Shown: positions 7,447-15,481 of the stretch, in pieces
Position numbering within the stretch: the first letter of the stretch is position 1
Layout: each line of letters starts with the position of its first letter
Sequence record: MN908693.1
Strand: one strand, 5' to 3'
DNA length: 32,000 nt
DNA from: Gordonia phage AnClar
The notes under the pieces: model-generated
What the model was told of the DNA's origin: nothing
The model's database searches: none
The model's input: only the letters and a program-made list of their open reading frames with translations
Translations under genes and position numbers: made by a program

Positions 7447-9841
7447 CCAGGCGGTGGCCGACTCACTGGCCGCTGAGGCGGCCATCGAGCGGCTATACCG
7501 TAATGCGCTGAGCGAGTGGGCAATACAGGTGGAGCCGTTCGTGCTGCCCTCGCTGACCGCCTCGGGCGAGCTGCCGCCGGACCCCGACGCCGCAGCCGAC
7601 GAGGCCGCGACCGCGTCGTGGATGGACATCGCCGAGGGTCTGGTCGTCGGCGGCCTCATCGCGCTGTGGTCGCTGCAGATGGTGCGCTCGATGCAGGCCA
7701 TGGACCGCGACGTGCCCGAGCCGGGCGACATCGACCGCGACCGGATGCCCGACGACGTCGCCGTATCGGTCGTCGCCTCGGAGATGGGCGTGTCCCGGCA
7801 GGCCGTGGTCGACGCGATCACCGCGTTGGAGCGCGACCCCGCCATGCGGGCACGCATCGACGAGATGCGCGACACCACAAGGCAACTCGTGTCCCGTACC
7901 CCGCAGGCGGTGCGGTCCAAGCTCGCCACGGTCACCCGCGACATCACCGACCAGGCCGAGATCGTCGCCCGCATGCGCGAGGTCGTCGTGCCCGACTCGC
8001 CCGAGCTGGCCGACATCGCGCGGCTGCAGTCCGACGTCGCCGCCTCGGTCCAGAACGACGCGGTCATCCAGGCCGCCGCCGACTCGGGCGACGAGGACCT
8101 GGAAAAGGTCTGGATCGCCACGCTGGACTCCAAGACTCGCCGCACGCACTGGGCCGCCGACGGCCAGCGCGTGCCCCTGGACGGCACGTTCGCCATCGGG
8201 CGCGACGACCTGCGCTACCCCGCCGACCCTCGCGGGTCCGACGCCGAGACGCGCAACTGCCGGTGCCGCGTCGGCGTCCAGCGCCGCGAGGACCCGCTGC
8301 CCGCCGAGATCGACCGGCACACCGAGCGCCTCGACGGGCGCGACTCGACCGCCCGCAACCGCGAGGGTTCGCAGGAGGACGAGGTGCGCCGCCGCCTGGA
8401 GGACAACAACCCGCGAGCGCGTGACGCCGTCACCGCTGCCGCCTACGCTGCCGAGCAGACCGACACTGAGGAGAGCACCGCGATGGACCGCGACGAGAGC
8501 ACCACGGCAACCCTGGCCGCCGACGACGAGACCGACGCCGAGGCCGAGTCGGCAGGCGAGACGTTCCGCACCTTCACCGACTCGGTGGTCGCGGTGACCG
8601 GCGAGCACACCAGCGATGGCCGGATGCTCAGCGCCGACATCGACCTGCGGTTCCGCACCATGCCGCTGCCGCTCATGTGGGTCAAGCAGTCGAGCATGGG
8701 CCACCTGGACGCGTTCACCGTCGGCGTGATCGAGGAGGCCCGCGTCGATGGCGGCGTGGTCTACGCCTCGGGCTACCTGATGAACTCTGCCGAGGCCGAC
8801 GAGGCTGCCGAGCAGATCGCCCACGGCATCACCGGCCCCTCGGTCGACCTCGCCGACACCGAGTGGGTGCTGACCGACGAGGACGGCAAGGAGATCACCG
8901 AGGAGGAATGGTGGGACCTGCCGATGGACGCCAAGGTCTACCAGACCGTCACCAGCGCCGAGCTGATCGGCACGACGCTGGTCTCGACCCCCGCGTTCGG
9001 CCAGACCACGATCTCGCTGAACAGCGAGCGCGAGAGCCGCGACGTCGCCCTCGTCGCCAGCGCAGCTGAGGAGTTCCGCCCGCGCACCTACCCTGCGGCG
9101 ATGTTCTCCAACCCGCGTCTGACCGGCCCGACGCCGATCCAGATGGACGACAGCGGGCGCATCTTCGGGCACCTCGCCTGCTACGGCGAGTGCCACCGTT
9201 CGATCCAGAACGAGTGCGTCATGGTGCCCCGGACCACCAGCGAGTACAGCCAGTTCCTGACCAGCCCGCCGGTGCGCCTCGACGACGGCAGCCAGGTCCC
9301 CGTCGGTCGGCTGACCGTGGGCACCGGGCACGCCGACGACCGGCTGTCGGGTAAGGCAGCCGTGGCCCACTACGACAACACCGGGACGTGCTTCGCGCTC
9401 GTGACCGTCGGCGAGGACGACTACGGCGTGTGGGTCTCGGGCGTGGCTGCGCCCTGGGCCACCGCTGCCCAGGTCGAGGAGGGCCTGAGCGCGCCGCTGT
9501 CGGGCGACTGGCGGGCCTACCGGGGCCGCCTGGAGCTGCACGCCGCGCTCGCGGTGAACACCCCCGGCTACGTCGTGCGCGGTGCCACCGACTCCGCTGG
9601 CCGCCCGCTGTCGCTGGTCGCCTCGATGGCCCCGAGCCGCGACGCCGAGAACACCGCGTCGGCGCTCACCCCTGAGGCGGTGGCCGACATCGTCCGGCAG
9701 ACCGTGATGGCCACGCGCGAGGAGGACGCCAAGGCCCGGCGCGTGTTCGACGTGTCGAGCCTGCTGAGCAAGGTCCCCGACACCCGCGCCGACGAGCGCA
9801 AGGCCGAGATCGACAGCCTGTTCGCCAAGGCTGGTGAGTGA
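7436..9841 (+). CDS. MuF-like minor capsid protein fused to capsid maturation protease-like domain
   Basis: 801 aa, TTG start overlapping the portal 3' end. MuF C-terminal signature 'KTRRTHWAADGQRVPLDGTFAIGRDDLRYPADPRGSDAETRNCRCRV', followed by a protease-like segment 'LPLMWVKQSSMGHLDAFTVGVIEEARVDGGVVYASGYLM...HGITGPSVDL'. Confidence 0.78.
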   Translation: MLIDQAVADSLAAEAAIERLYRNALSEWAIQVEPFVLPSLTASGELPPDPDAAADEAATASWMDIAEGLVVGGLIALWSLQMVRSMQAMDRDVPEPGDIDRDRMPDDVAVSVVASEMGVSRQAVVDAITALERDPAMRARIDEMRDTTRQLVSRTPQAVRSKLATVTRDITDQAEIVARMREVVVPDSPELADIARLQSDVAASVQNDAVIQAAADSGDEDLEKVWIATLDSKTRRTHWAADGQRVPLDGTFAIGRDDLRYPADPRGSDAETRNCRCRVGVQRREDPLPAEIDRHTERLDGRDSTARNREGSQEDEVRRRLEDNNPRARDAVTAAAYAAEQTDTEESTAMDRDESTTATLAADDETDAEAESAGETFRTFTDSVVAVTGEHTSDGRMLSADIDLRFRTMPLPLMWVKQSSMGHLDAFTVGVIEEARVDGGVVYASGYLMNSAEADEAAEQIAHGITGPSVDLADTEWVLTDEDGKEITEEEWWDLPMDAKVYQTVTSAELIGTTLVSTPAFGQTTISLNSERESRDVALVASAAEEFRPRTYPAAMFSNPRLTGPTPIQMDDSGRIFGHLACYGECHRSIQNECVMVPRTTSEYSQFLTSPPVRLDDGSQVPVGRLTVGTGHADDRLSGKAAVAHYDNTGTCFALVTVGEDDYGVWVSGVAAPWATAAQVEEGLSAPLSGDWRAYRGRLELHAALAVNTPGYVVRGATDSAGRPLSLVASMAPSRDAENTASALTPEAVADIVRQTVMATREEDAKARRVFDVSSLLSKVPDTRADERKAEIDSLFAKAGE

Positions 9842-10046
9842 CGTGGGGTGCAACTGCGGCAAGCGCCGGTCGACCACCGCCGGGGGCGAGACCCTGGGCT
9901 ACCTCGTGACCTACCCCGACGGCTCGACCACGCCTGAGGACGCGCCCCTGTTCTCGATCTACGAGGCCAAGACCGAGGTGAGGAACGCGGGCGGCGGCAC
10001 GATCAAGCGCCTCGTGCGCAAGCCTGCCGAGGCCCCTGCACCGTAG
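9834..10046 (+). CDS. Small conserved-type hypothetical protein
   Basis: 70 aa, GTG start overlapping the upstream stop. 'MSDVGCNCGKRR...LGYLVTYPDGSTTPEDAPLFSIYEAKTEVRNAGGGTI'. Confidence 0.65.
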   Translation: MSDVGCNCGKRRSTTAGGETLGYLVTYPDGSTTPEDAPLFSIYEAKTEVRNAGGGTIKRLVRKPAEAPAP

Positions 10047-10047
10047 C

Positions 10048-10512
10048 TCACTGCCGGTCGACGTCGTTGTGCGTGAACAGCTCTAGACGCTTCGCGCGCG
10101 CAGCGGCGTCGGCCTCCTCGATGGTGTCGAATGACCCCACGTGTATGTTTCGCTGGTTGTGCTTCACCTTGGCGACCCACTTGCCCTGCCCTTTATGCCA
10201 GTAGACCCCGCGAATACCGCTGCGTGAGTTCGCCTGCGCCCCGCCCTGGTTCTCAAGGTTCTGTTTCTGGGTCACCGCCCTGAGGTGGCCGGGATTCACG
10301 CACAGGACGCTGCACCTGAGGGCGTGGTCCACCCGCATCGCGGGCGGCAGCTCCCCGTGCGCGTCCTGGTAGGCCCATCGGTGAGCGTGAATGCGGCGGC
10401 CCCCATCGCACCGAAACTGGCCGTACCCCTTACGCGCCGTCGCCCCCTTCCACAGCCAGCACCCACCAGGCGTCTTATCCACCTTCGACCAGAACCGCTG
10501 CTGCTCTCGCAC
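10048..10512 (-). CDS. HNH homing endonuclease with AP2-type DNA-binding domain
   Basis: 154 aa. HNH core 'GGCWLWKGATARKGYGQFRCDGGRRIHAHRWAYQDAHGELPPAMRVDHALRCSVLCVNPGHLRAVTQKQN', then an AP2-like domain 'GIRGVYWHKGQGKWVAKVKHNQRNIHVGSFDTIEEADAAARAKRLELF'. Confidence 0.88.
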   Translation of the reverse strand: MREQQRFWSKVDKTPGGCWLWKGATARKGYGQFRCDGGRRIHAHRWAYQDAHGELPPAMRVDHALRCSVLCVNPGHLRAVTQKQNLENQGGAQANSRSGIRGVYWHKGQGKWVAKVKHNQRNIHVGSFDTIEEADAAARAKRLELFTHNDVDRQ

Positions 10513-10668
10513 AACGCCGACAATACTCCCGGCCCCTTGTCAGCGTGCTCTGCACCCTCAGTTCCTACGTTGTCCCCTAGATCAACAAACGTCTGCATGG
10601 CTGCGGGCCTAGACCAAGGTGATCGCCCCGAGAACAGACCAGACTTTCACTGAGAGGACGGACCCACC

Positions 10669-12366
10669 GTGGACCCGTTTGAACTTCCCGAGGAGCTGCC
10701 CACCAGCGCCGAGGCTCTGAACGATCTCGCGGCGTCCGCGCAGTCCGAGATCAACGTCATCCGCGCCCGCCACGAGGCAGGCGAGGACCTCAGCGACGAG
10801 GACGTCACCCGCCTGCGGTATCTCGTCGACTCGCTGGGCACCATCAACGAGGCCCGCGAGAACGTCACCGCCGCTGCCGAGCAGCGCCAGGCCGACGCCG
10901 CTGAGCTGCTCGCGCAGGTCAACGACGAGGCCAGCTCCGACGAGGGCGGCGACAACGACGAGGGCGGCGACAACGACGAGGGCGGCGAGACCTCGGGCAG
11001 CCAGGACTCCGCAGCTGCCGCCGCTCAGCGCCCGGTGAACTTCTCGGGCGTGCAGCCCGGCGACGCCGAGACCCCCGACGACGCCGACCAGCGCGAGCCG
11101 GGGTGGGAGATGTCTCCCGACGCCCCCGGATTCCGTGCGGGCCGTGTCGGGTTCGCCGAGCTGGCTCAGGCCATCGACTCGGTGCGCGCCGGTTCCCGCC
11201 GCGCTCGCAGCGCAGCGGCCAAGCCGACCGGCAACTACTTCTCGCAGGGCATCGCCAAGCTGCGCCGCGACGTGCCGCTCATCGAGGACAGCCACGCGCT
11301 GGTCCGCGAGATCGAGCGCGTCACCAGCGAGGTCAAGGGCCAGGCGGTCACCGCCCAGTCGTTGACCGCCGCCGGTGGCTGGTGCGCCCCGTCGGAGCAG
11401 CTCTACGACTTCTGCGACGTCCCCGACGCCGTCGACCTCGTGAGCCTGCCCGAGATCACCATCCAGCGGGGCGGCATCCGCTGGCCGGTCGAGCCGGACC
11501 TGTCGGGGATCTTCGAGAGCTTCCAGTTCTTCTTCACCGAGCCGCAGCTGGAAGCGGTCGACGCCGAGGGCAACCCGACCGCCATCAAGGAATGCGTCGA
11601 GATTCCCTGCCCCGACGAGTTCGAGGAGCTGCGGCTCAACGCCGTCGGCTACTGCGTCGAGGCGGGCATCCTGCAGACCCAGGGCTGGCCCGAACTCATC
11701 GAGTGGTTCATGCGCTCGCTGGCCGCAGAGCACCTGCGCGCCATCAGCCGCCGGACCATCCTCGACATGGTCGCCGGATCGGGCGCAGCCAAGGTCATCC
11801 CGCCGACCTCGGTCATCGGCTCGGTGGCCTCGGTGCTCAACAGCCTCGCGCTGCAGGCGGTCAACCTCCGTCTCAACCGTGGCCTGAGCCGCACCGCGAC
11901 CATCGAGGGCGTCGCGCCGTCGTGGTTCTTCGAGGTGCTGCGCGCCGACCTCGCCATGCGCGACGGTCGGGACGTGCTCGCGGTCACCGACGGCGAGATC
12001 ACCGGCTGGCTGACCGCGCGCAACATCGCGCTGCAGTTCGTCGGCGACTGGCAGACCCGCTCGGCGGGCCTGCCGGGCAACCTCGGCACGGTCGTCTGGC
12101 CGGACACCGTCGATATCCTGCTGTACCCGGCGGGCACCTGGTTCCGCTCGATGAGCAACGTCATCGAGATGGGCGTGATGTACCCCAAGGAGCAGCTGCA
12201 GGTGAACCGCTACACCCGGTTCTTCACCGAGGACGCGATCATGGTCGGCAAGCGCTGCGAGCAGTCGATCCTGGTGCGCGTGCCGCTCCAGGTCAGCGGC
12301 GCGATCGGGCAGCGTCAGTGGGTCGCCGACAACGTCGGCAGCCCGCAGCCCGTAGTCACCCCGTAG
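10669..12366 (+). CDS. Major capsid protein with N-terminal scaffold-like region
   Basis: 565 aa. Acidic, helical, low-complexity N-terminus; then 'LVREIERVTSEVKGQAVTAQSLTAAGGWCAPSEQLYDFCDVPD' and capsid-like C-terminal sequence. Genome position fits the major capsid gene. Confidence 0.82.
   Translation: MDPFELPEELPTSAEALNDLAASAQSEINVIRARHEAGEDLSDEDVTRLRYLVDSLGTINEARENVTAAAEQRQADAAELLAQVNDEASSDEGGDNDEGGDNDEGGETSGSQDSAAAAAQRPVNFSGVQPGDAETPDDADQREPGWEMSPDAPGFRAGRVGFAELAQAIDSVRAGSRRARSAAAKPTGNYFSQGIAKLRRDVPLIEDSHALVREIERVTSEVKGQAVTAQSLTAAGGWCAPSEQLYDFCDVPDAVDLVSLPEITIQRGGIRWPVEPDLSGIFESFQFFFTEPQLEAVDAEGNPTAIKECVEIPCPDEFEELRLNAVGYCVEAGILQTQGWPELIEWFMRSLAAEHLRAISRRTILDMVAGSGAAKVIPPTSVIGSVASVLNSLALQAVNLRLNRGLSRTATIEGVAPSWFFEVLRADLAMRDGRDVLAVTDGEITGWLTARNIALQFVGDWQTRSAGLPGNLGTVVWPDTVDILLYPAGTWFRSMSNVIEMGVMYPKEQLQVNRYTRFFTEDAIMVGKRCEQSILVRVPLQVSGAIGQRQWVADNVGSPQPVVTP
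10939..10988 (+). repeat. Tandem 18-bp coding repeat (GACGAGGGCGGCGACAAC), about 2.8 copies
   Basis: Direct read: gacgagggcggcgacaac x2 followed by gacgagggcggcga; encodes DEGGDN DEGGDN DEGGE. Confidence 0.9.
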
Positions 12367-12370
12367 CCCC

Positions 12371-12382
12371 TGGCCTAGGCCA
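12371..12382. repeat. 12-bp perfect palindrome TGGCCTAGGCCA after the capsid gene stop
   Basis: Read directly; begins 4 nt after the stop codon that ends at 12366. Confidence 0.8.
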
Positions 12383-12389
12383 GTGGACC

Positions 12390-12439
12390 CGAGAGCGGGC
12401 GGTATGGACACCCGAGGCCGTCCATACCGCCCGCTCTCG
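12390..12439 (+). terminator. Strong inverted repeat / putative intrinsic terminator or processing hairpin downstream of major capsid
   Basis: 20-bp perfect stem CGAGAGCGGGCGGTATGGAC (12390-12409) / GTCCATACCGCCCGCTCTCG (12420-12439), 10-nt loop. No T-tract follows. Confidence 0.75.
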
Positions 12440-12459
12440 CTTCATCTCAGGAGGAAACG

Positions 12460-13242
12460 ATGACAGCGCCCGCACCCGCGACGCCCGGCATCAACGCGGT
12501 GGACTACGACGCACCGCTGGTAAACCCGTCCCCGGCGGGGCTGTACTCGGCTGTGACCTGGGTCGAGGACGGCGTCGCCGTCCCGCGCTGGCTCGCGGGC
12601 GGCGTCCGGGTCCTCGTCCACAACTTCGGTGGCGACGACGCGTTCGGCGTCTGGACCGCTGAGTGGTGCGGCGACCCCGGCGACAACCTCAAGGACGGCA
12701 CCCGACCGGCCAAGCCCGAGCCGTTCGACCCGCTCACCGTCTGGGCCTACGACCAGTGCGACCTGCGCAGCCAGTCGCAGACCGACACCCGCGTGCGCGC
12801 TCAGCAGAACCTGCGCATGCGCGAGCAGATCGCCGTCGAGCGCGAGTTCGCCGGTCGGCTCCTCGCCGACGCCCCGGCACCGGCTCAGGTCGGCGACGTC
12901 ATCGCGGCGGTCTCGCACTTGGAGGCCCAGCTGGCCAAGACCAACACCACCGGCGTCATCCACGCCAGCGCGGGGGCGGCGGCCATCGCGGCATCGGAGA
13001 ACCTCATCGTCCGGCAGGGCGGCGCGCTGCGCACCCCGCTGGGCCACCTCTGGGCGTTCGGCGGCGGCTACGTGGACGGCCTGGGCACGTCCCTGGTCGC
13101 TACCTCGCCGGTGTTCGGCTGGCGCGACGAGGCATCCCTGCGCGATACCGTCGAGGCGCGCTACAACCAATTCGTCGCGGTCGCTGAGCGCAGCGTCGTG
13201 ATCGGCTACGAGTCCGCCGTAGCAGCGGCGACCCTGACCTAG
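12460..13242 (+). CDS. Hypothetical capsid-associated (putative virion) protein
   Basis: 260 aa with an AGGAGG Shine-Dalgarno upstream, immediately downstream of the capsid gene. No recognised domain. Confidence 0.6.
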   Translation: MTAPAPATPGINAVDYDAPLVNPSPAGLYSAVTWVEDGVAVPRWLAGGVRVLVHNFGGDDAFGVWTAEWCGDPGDNLKDGTRPAKPEPFDPLTVWAYDQCDLRSQSQTDTRVRAQQNLRMREQIAVEREFAGRLLADAPAPAQVGDVIAAVSHLEAQLAKTNTTGVIHASAGAAAIAASENLIVRQGGALRTPLGHLWAFGGGYVDGLGTSLVATSPVFGWRDEASLRDTVEARYNQFVAVAERSVVIGYESAVAAATLT

Positions 13243-13250
13243 GAGGACCC

Positions 13251-13772
13251 ATGCCCGAGGGCATCATCGCTGAGATCGACGAGGGGTTCGCCACCCTCGA
13301 CTTCGTGGACCGCTCACTGCGCGGCCCCGCCCTGCAGAAGCTCATCGAGATCGACGGCGGCGCGAGCATCGAGGTGCAGACCCGCTCGGGGCCTCGGAAA
13401 AAGTACCGCGTGCCCGAGGGCAACGCCCGAGAGGCCGGTCTCCTCGACGAGGCCCTGCCCGCCCCGCCGACCGGCAACCCCGGCGACCCGAACAAGTCGG
13501 ACCCCGCCCCCGAGTACCCCGAGGGCGAGCCGTCGGCTGACTGGAAGTTCGATCAGCTCAAGGCGTACGCGGCAGCGCACGACGTCGACACCGACGGGCT
13601 GCGATCCAAGGTCGACGTGCTGGCCGCGATCAACACCGCGCCGGTGAGCGCGCCGGTCGAGCAGACCGCCGACGCCGACCCGGCTCAGGCCGAGGGGGCC
13701 GACGTCGTCGACACCGGCGACGGGTTCGATATCCCGGTCACCTCGGACGACGATGACAAGGATGCATCATGA
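13251..13772 (+). CDS. Hypothetical protein with C-terminal SAP/HeH/Rho-N-like helical motif
   Basis: 173 aa. 'SADWKFDQLKAYAAAHDVDTDGLRSKVDVLAAI' resembles SAP/HeH-type helix-extension-helix modules, followed by an acidic tail 'TSDDDDKDAS'. Confidence 0.55.
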   Translation: MPEGIIAEIDEGFATLDFVDRSLRGPALQKLIEIDGGASIEVQTRSGPRKKYRVPEGNAREAGLLDEALPAPPTGNPGDPNKSDPAPEYPEGEPSADWKFDQLKAYAAAHDVDTDGLRSKVDVLAAINTAPVSAPVEQTADADPAQAEGADVVDTGDGFDIPVTSDDDDKDAS

Positions 13773-14164
13773 CCACTGGCATGACGGTTCGGGACAAGCT
13801 CAGGGCGGCAGTGCCTGAGGGCGCTCGTGAAGCGTGGTATCGGTTCGTAGCAGGCGCGACCGCGTTCCTGCTCGCGTTCGGCGTGCTCGACAATCAGGAG
13901 GCGGCGCTGTGGACACAGCTGGGACTCACGGCGGTCACGTCCCTGTTCGCCATGCTCTATTCGACGCAGGCGTGGCGCACCGCGCTCTACGCGCTCGTCG
14001 GGCCGATCGGCTCGGTGCTGATGGCCTACGGCCTCGTCGCCGACGAGCGGTGGGCGCTCATCACCGCAGCGGTCGGGCAGCTGTTCGGCGTCGCCACCAT
14101 GGCGGCCAAGACGGTGCAGGTGCCCACCACGCCGGGCAGCAGCACCCCGCCGCTGGCCGCCTGA
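13769..14164 (+). CDS. Holin-like multi-pass membrane protein
   Basis: 131 aa, ATGA overlap with upstream gene. Hydrophobic segments 'FVAGATAFLLAFGVL', 'LGLTAVTSLFAML', 'TALYALVGPIGSVLMAYGLV', 'ALITAAVGQLFGVATMAA'. Confidence 0.65.
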   Translation: MTTGMTVRDKLRAAVPEGAREAWYRFVAGATAFLLAFGVLDNQEAALWTQLGLTAVTSLFAMLYSTQAWRTALYALVGPIGSVLMAYGLVADERWALITAAVGQLFGVATMAAKTVQVPTTPGSSTPPLAA

Positions 14165-14637
14165 TGACCGAGGGCGAGGCGCGCGAGGAGCTGGCGCGCC
14201 TCGCTCGGCAGGCCGAGTACCGCCGGGAGTTCATCGTCGCTCAGACGGTGTTCCTGGCGGTTCTGCCGATCCTGTACGCGGCGGCCATCTTCGTCTACGG
14301 CGACGCCCTGTGGACGGTCAACGGCACCCCGCTGTCGGTGTACCGCACCGCCATGGAGTTGCCCAACGCTCCCGAGAGCTGGGGCACGTTCTTCCTCATC
14401 ATGGGCGTCGGCTGCCTGGCCGCTCTGTTCACCCGGCACGACCGAGCGCTGGCTGTGCTCGCGGGCCTGACCGCGCTCGTCGTCTGCTCGTTCATGATCA
14501 GCTTTGCCGCCGACTACGTCCGCTACGACGCCCCGCAGGCCATCCCGCCCGCGCTCGTCTACGGCGTGGTCGGCGTCTCGTTCTTCAACCTCGCCCGGCT
14601 GGCCTGGGTCTCATCCCGAAACAAGGTGCGCCTGTGA
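14164..14637 (+). CDS. Multi-pass membrane protein
   Basis: 157 aa from ATG 14164 (TGATG overlap) within track ORF 13834..14637. Hydrophobic segments 'IVAQTVFLAVLPILYAAAIFVY', 'WGTFFLIMGVGCLAALF', 'ALAVLAGLTALVVCSFMISF', 'PPALVYGVVGVSFFNLARLAW'. Confidence 0.65.
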   Translation: MTEGEAREELARLARQAEYRREFIVAQTVFLAVLPILYAAAIFVYGDALWTVNGTPLSVYRTAMELPNAPESWGTFFLIMGVGCLAALFTRHDRALAVLAGLTALVVCSFMISFAADYVRYDAPQAIPPALVYGVVGVSFFNLARLAWVSSRNKVRL

Positions 14638-15104
14638 GGACGTTCTACCGCTCGGTGATGGCCGCCGTCCGGCATCGGCGCGTTGTCGAGTCTGGATCCC
14701 CGCCGCTCTACTGGCAGCTGCTGCAGGCCGCGATCATCTCGGGCGTGCTGCAGCTCGTACTGGGCGTGCCCCCGAGCATCTCGAATAGCACCGGCGAGTC
14801 CTACACCGTCGACTACATCTTCATGTCCCTGCAGCTCGCCGGGGGCCTGGTCGCCCTCGCTGCGCTCTACATCGAGGACGGGTCCTCGCGCCACGCTGAG
14901 CGGCTCTACTGGTCGTTGGCATTCGAGGCGTTCGGCCTGGTGCTGCTCGCCACGGCGGTGCTCATCTACTCGGTGGCGGTGGTGATCAACAACGGCGGCC
15001 CGCCGACGTCGATGGCCACATGGTTCATCATCATGTTCGGGGTCTGGGCTGCGCGGACGCGCCTCCCGCAGATATATCGAGCGCTGAGAGAACTTAGGTC
15101 ATGA
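14634..15104 (+). CDS. Multi-pass membrane protein
   Basis: 156 aa from GTG 14634 (GTGA overlap) within track ORF 14310..15104. Segments 'LLQAAIISGVLQLVLGV', 'YIFMSLQLAGGLVALAALYI', 'SLAFEAFGLVLLATAVLIYSVAVVI', 'MATWFIIMFGVWAA'. Confidence 0.65.
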   Translation: MRTFYRSVMAAVRHRRVVESGSPPLYWQLLQAAIISGVLQLVLGVPPSISNSTGESYTVDYIFMSLQLAGGLVALAALYIEDGSSRHAERLYWSLAFEAFGLVLLATAVLIYSVAVVINNGGPPTSMATWFIIMFGVWAARTRLPQIYRALRELRS

Positions 15105-15412
15105 CCACTGAACTCGCCTTCACCCTCCTCGGGAGCGCGGGATTCCTGACCGGCCTCGGCGCGCTGCTGCACTTCCTCAACACCCGCAAGGGGACCAAGG
15201 CCAAGACCAGCGCGGACGCCTACTCGGCGTACTCGTCGTGGGTCAACGGGGCGATGGGCCAGACCACCGCCGAGCTGCGCAAGTCCCACGGCGTCCGGGC
15301 CAAGCTCATCGACCTCGTCCAGGACCTGATCCGGTTCGCCCGCAGCAAGGGCGCGACCACCGCTGAGCTTGACCACTTCCAGGACCGGCTCGACGATCTG
15401 CGCCAGCTGTAG
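15101..15412 (+). CDS. Small protein with one predicted N-terminal transmembrane segment
   Basis: 103 aa, ATGA overlap. 'LAFTLLGSAGFLTGLGALLHFL', then a charged/helical C-terminus. Confidence 0.6.
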   Translation: MTTELAFTLLGSAGFLTGLGALLHFLNTRKGTKAKTSADAYSAYSSWVNGAMGQTTAELRKSHGVRAKLIDLVQDLIRFARSKGATTAELDHFQDRLDDLRQL

Positions 15413-15481
15413 GTGCACCCTGCTCGCCTAGTGTCAGGGCCAGCCTCGGAGACCGACTCTCCTCTGAAAGGAACCGCCGAC

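Noticed and set aside
5662-8196. 844-aa minus-strand ORF opposite the portal and MuF genes
   Set aside because: Antisense shadow ORF caused by high GC3 of the sense genes; low-complexity Arg/Gly/Ala/Val composition, no recognisable domain, sense strand has clear portal/MuF motifs.
7493-9877. 794-aa minus-strand ORF opposite the MuF-protease gene
   Set aside because: Same GC-driven antisense artefact; no start context or domain support.
10048-10512. HNH-AP2 gene as part of a self-splicing intron or intein
   Set aside because: It lies between complete flanking ORFs, in reverse orientation, and neither neighbour is visibly interrupted; a free-standing homing gene fits better.
10609-12411. 600-aa minus-strand ORF opposite the major capsid gene
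   Set aside because: Antisense artefact; the sense strand encodes the capsid and its terminator hairpin region is included in this ORF.
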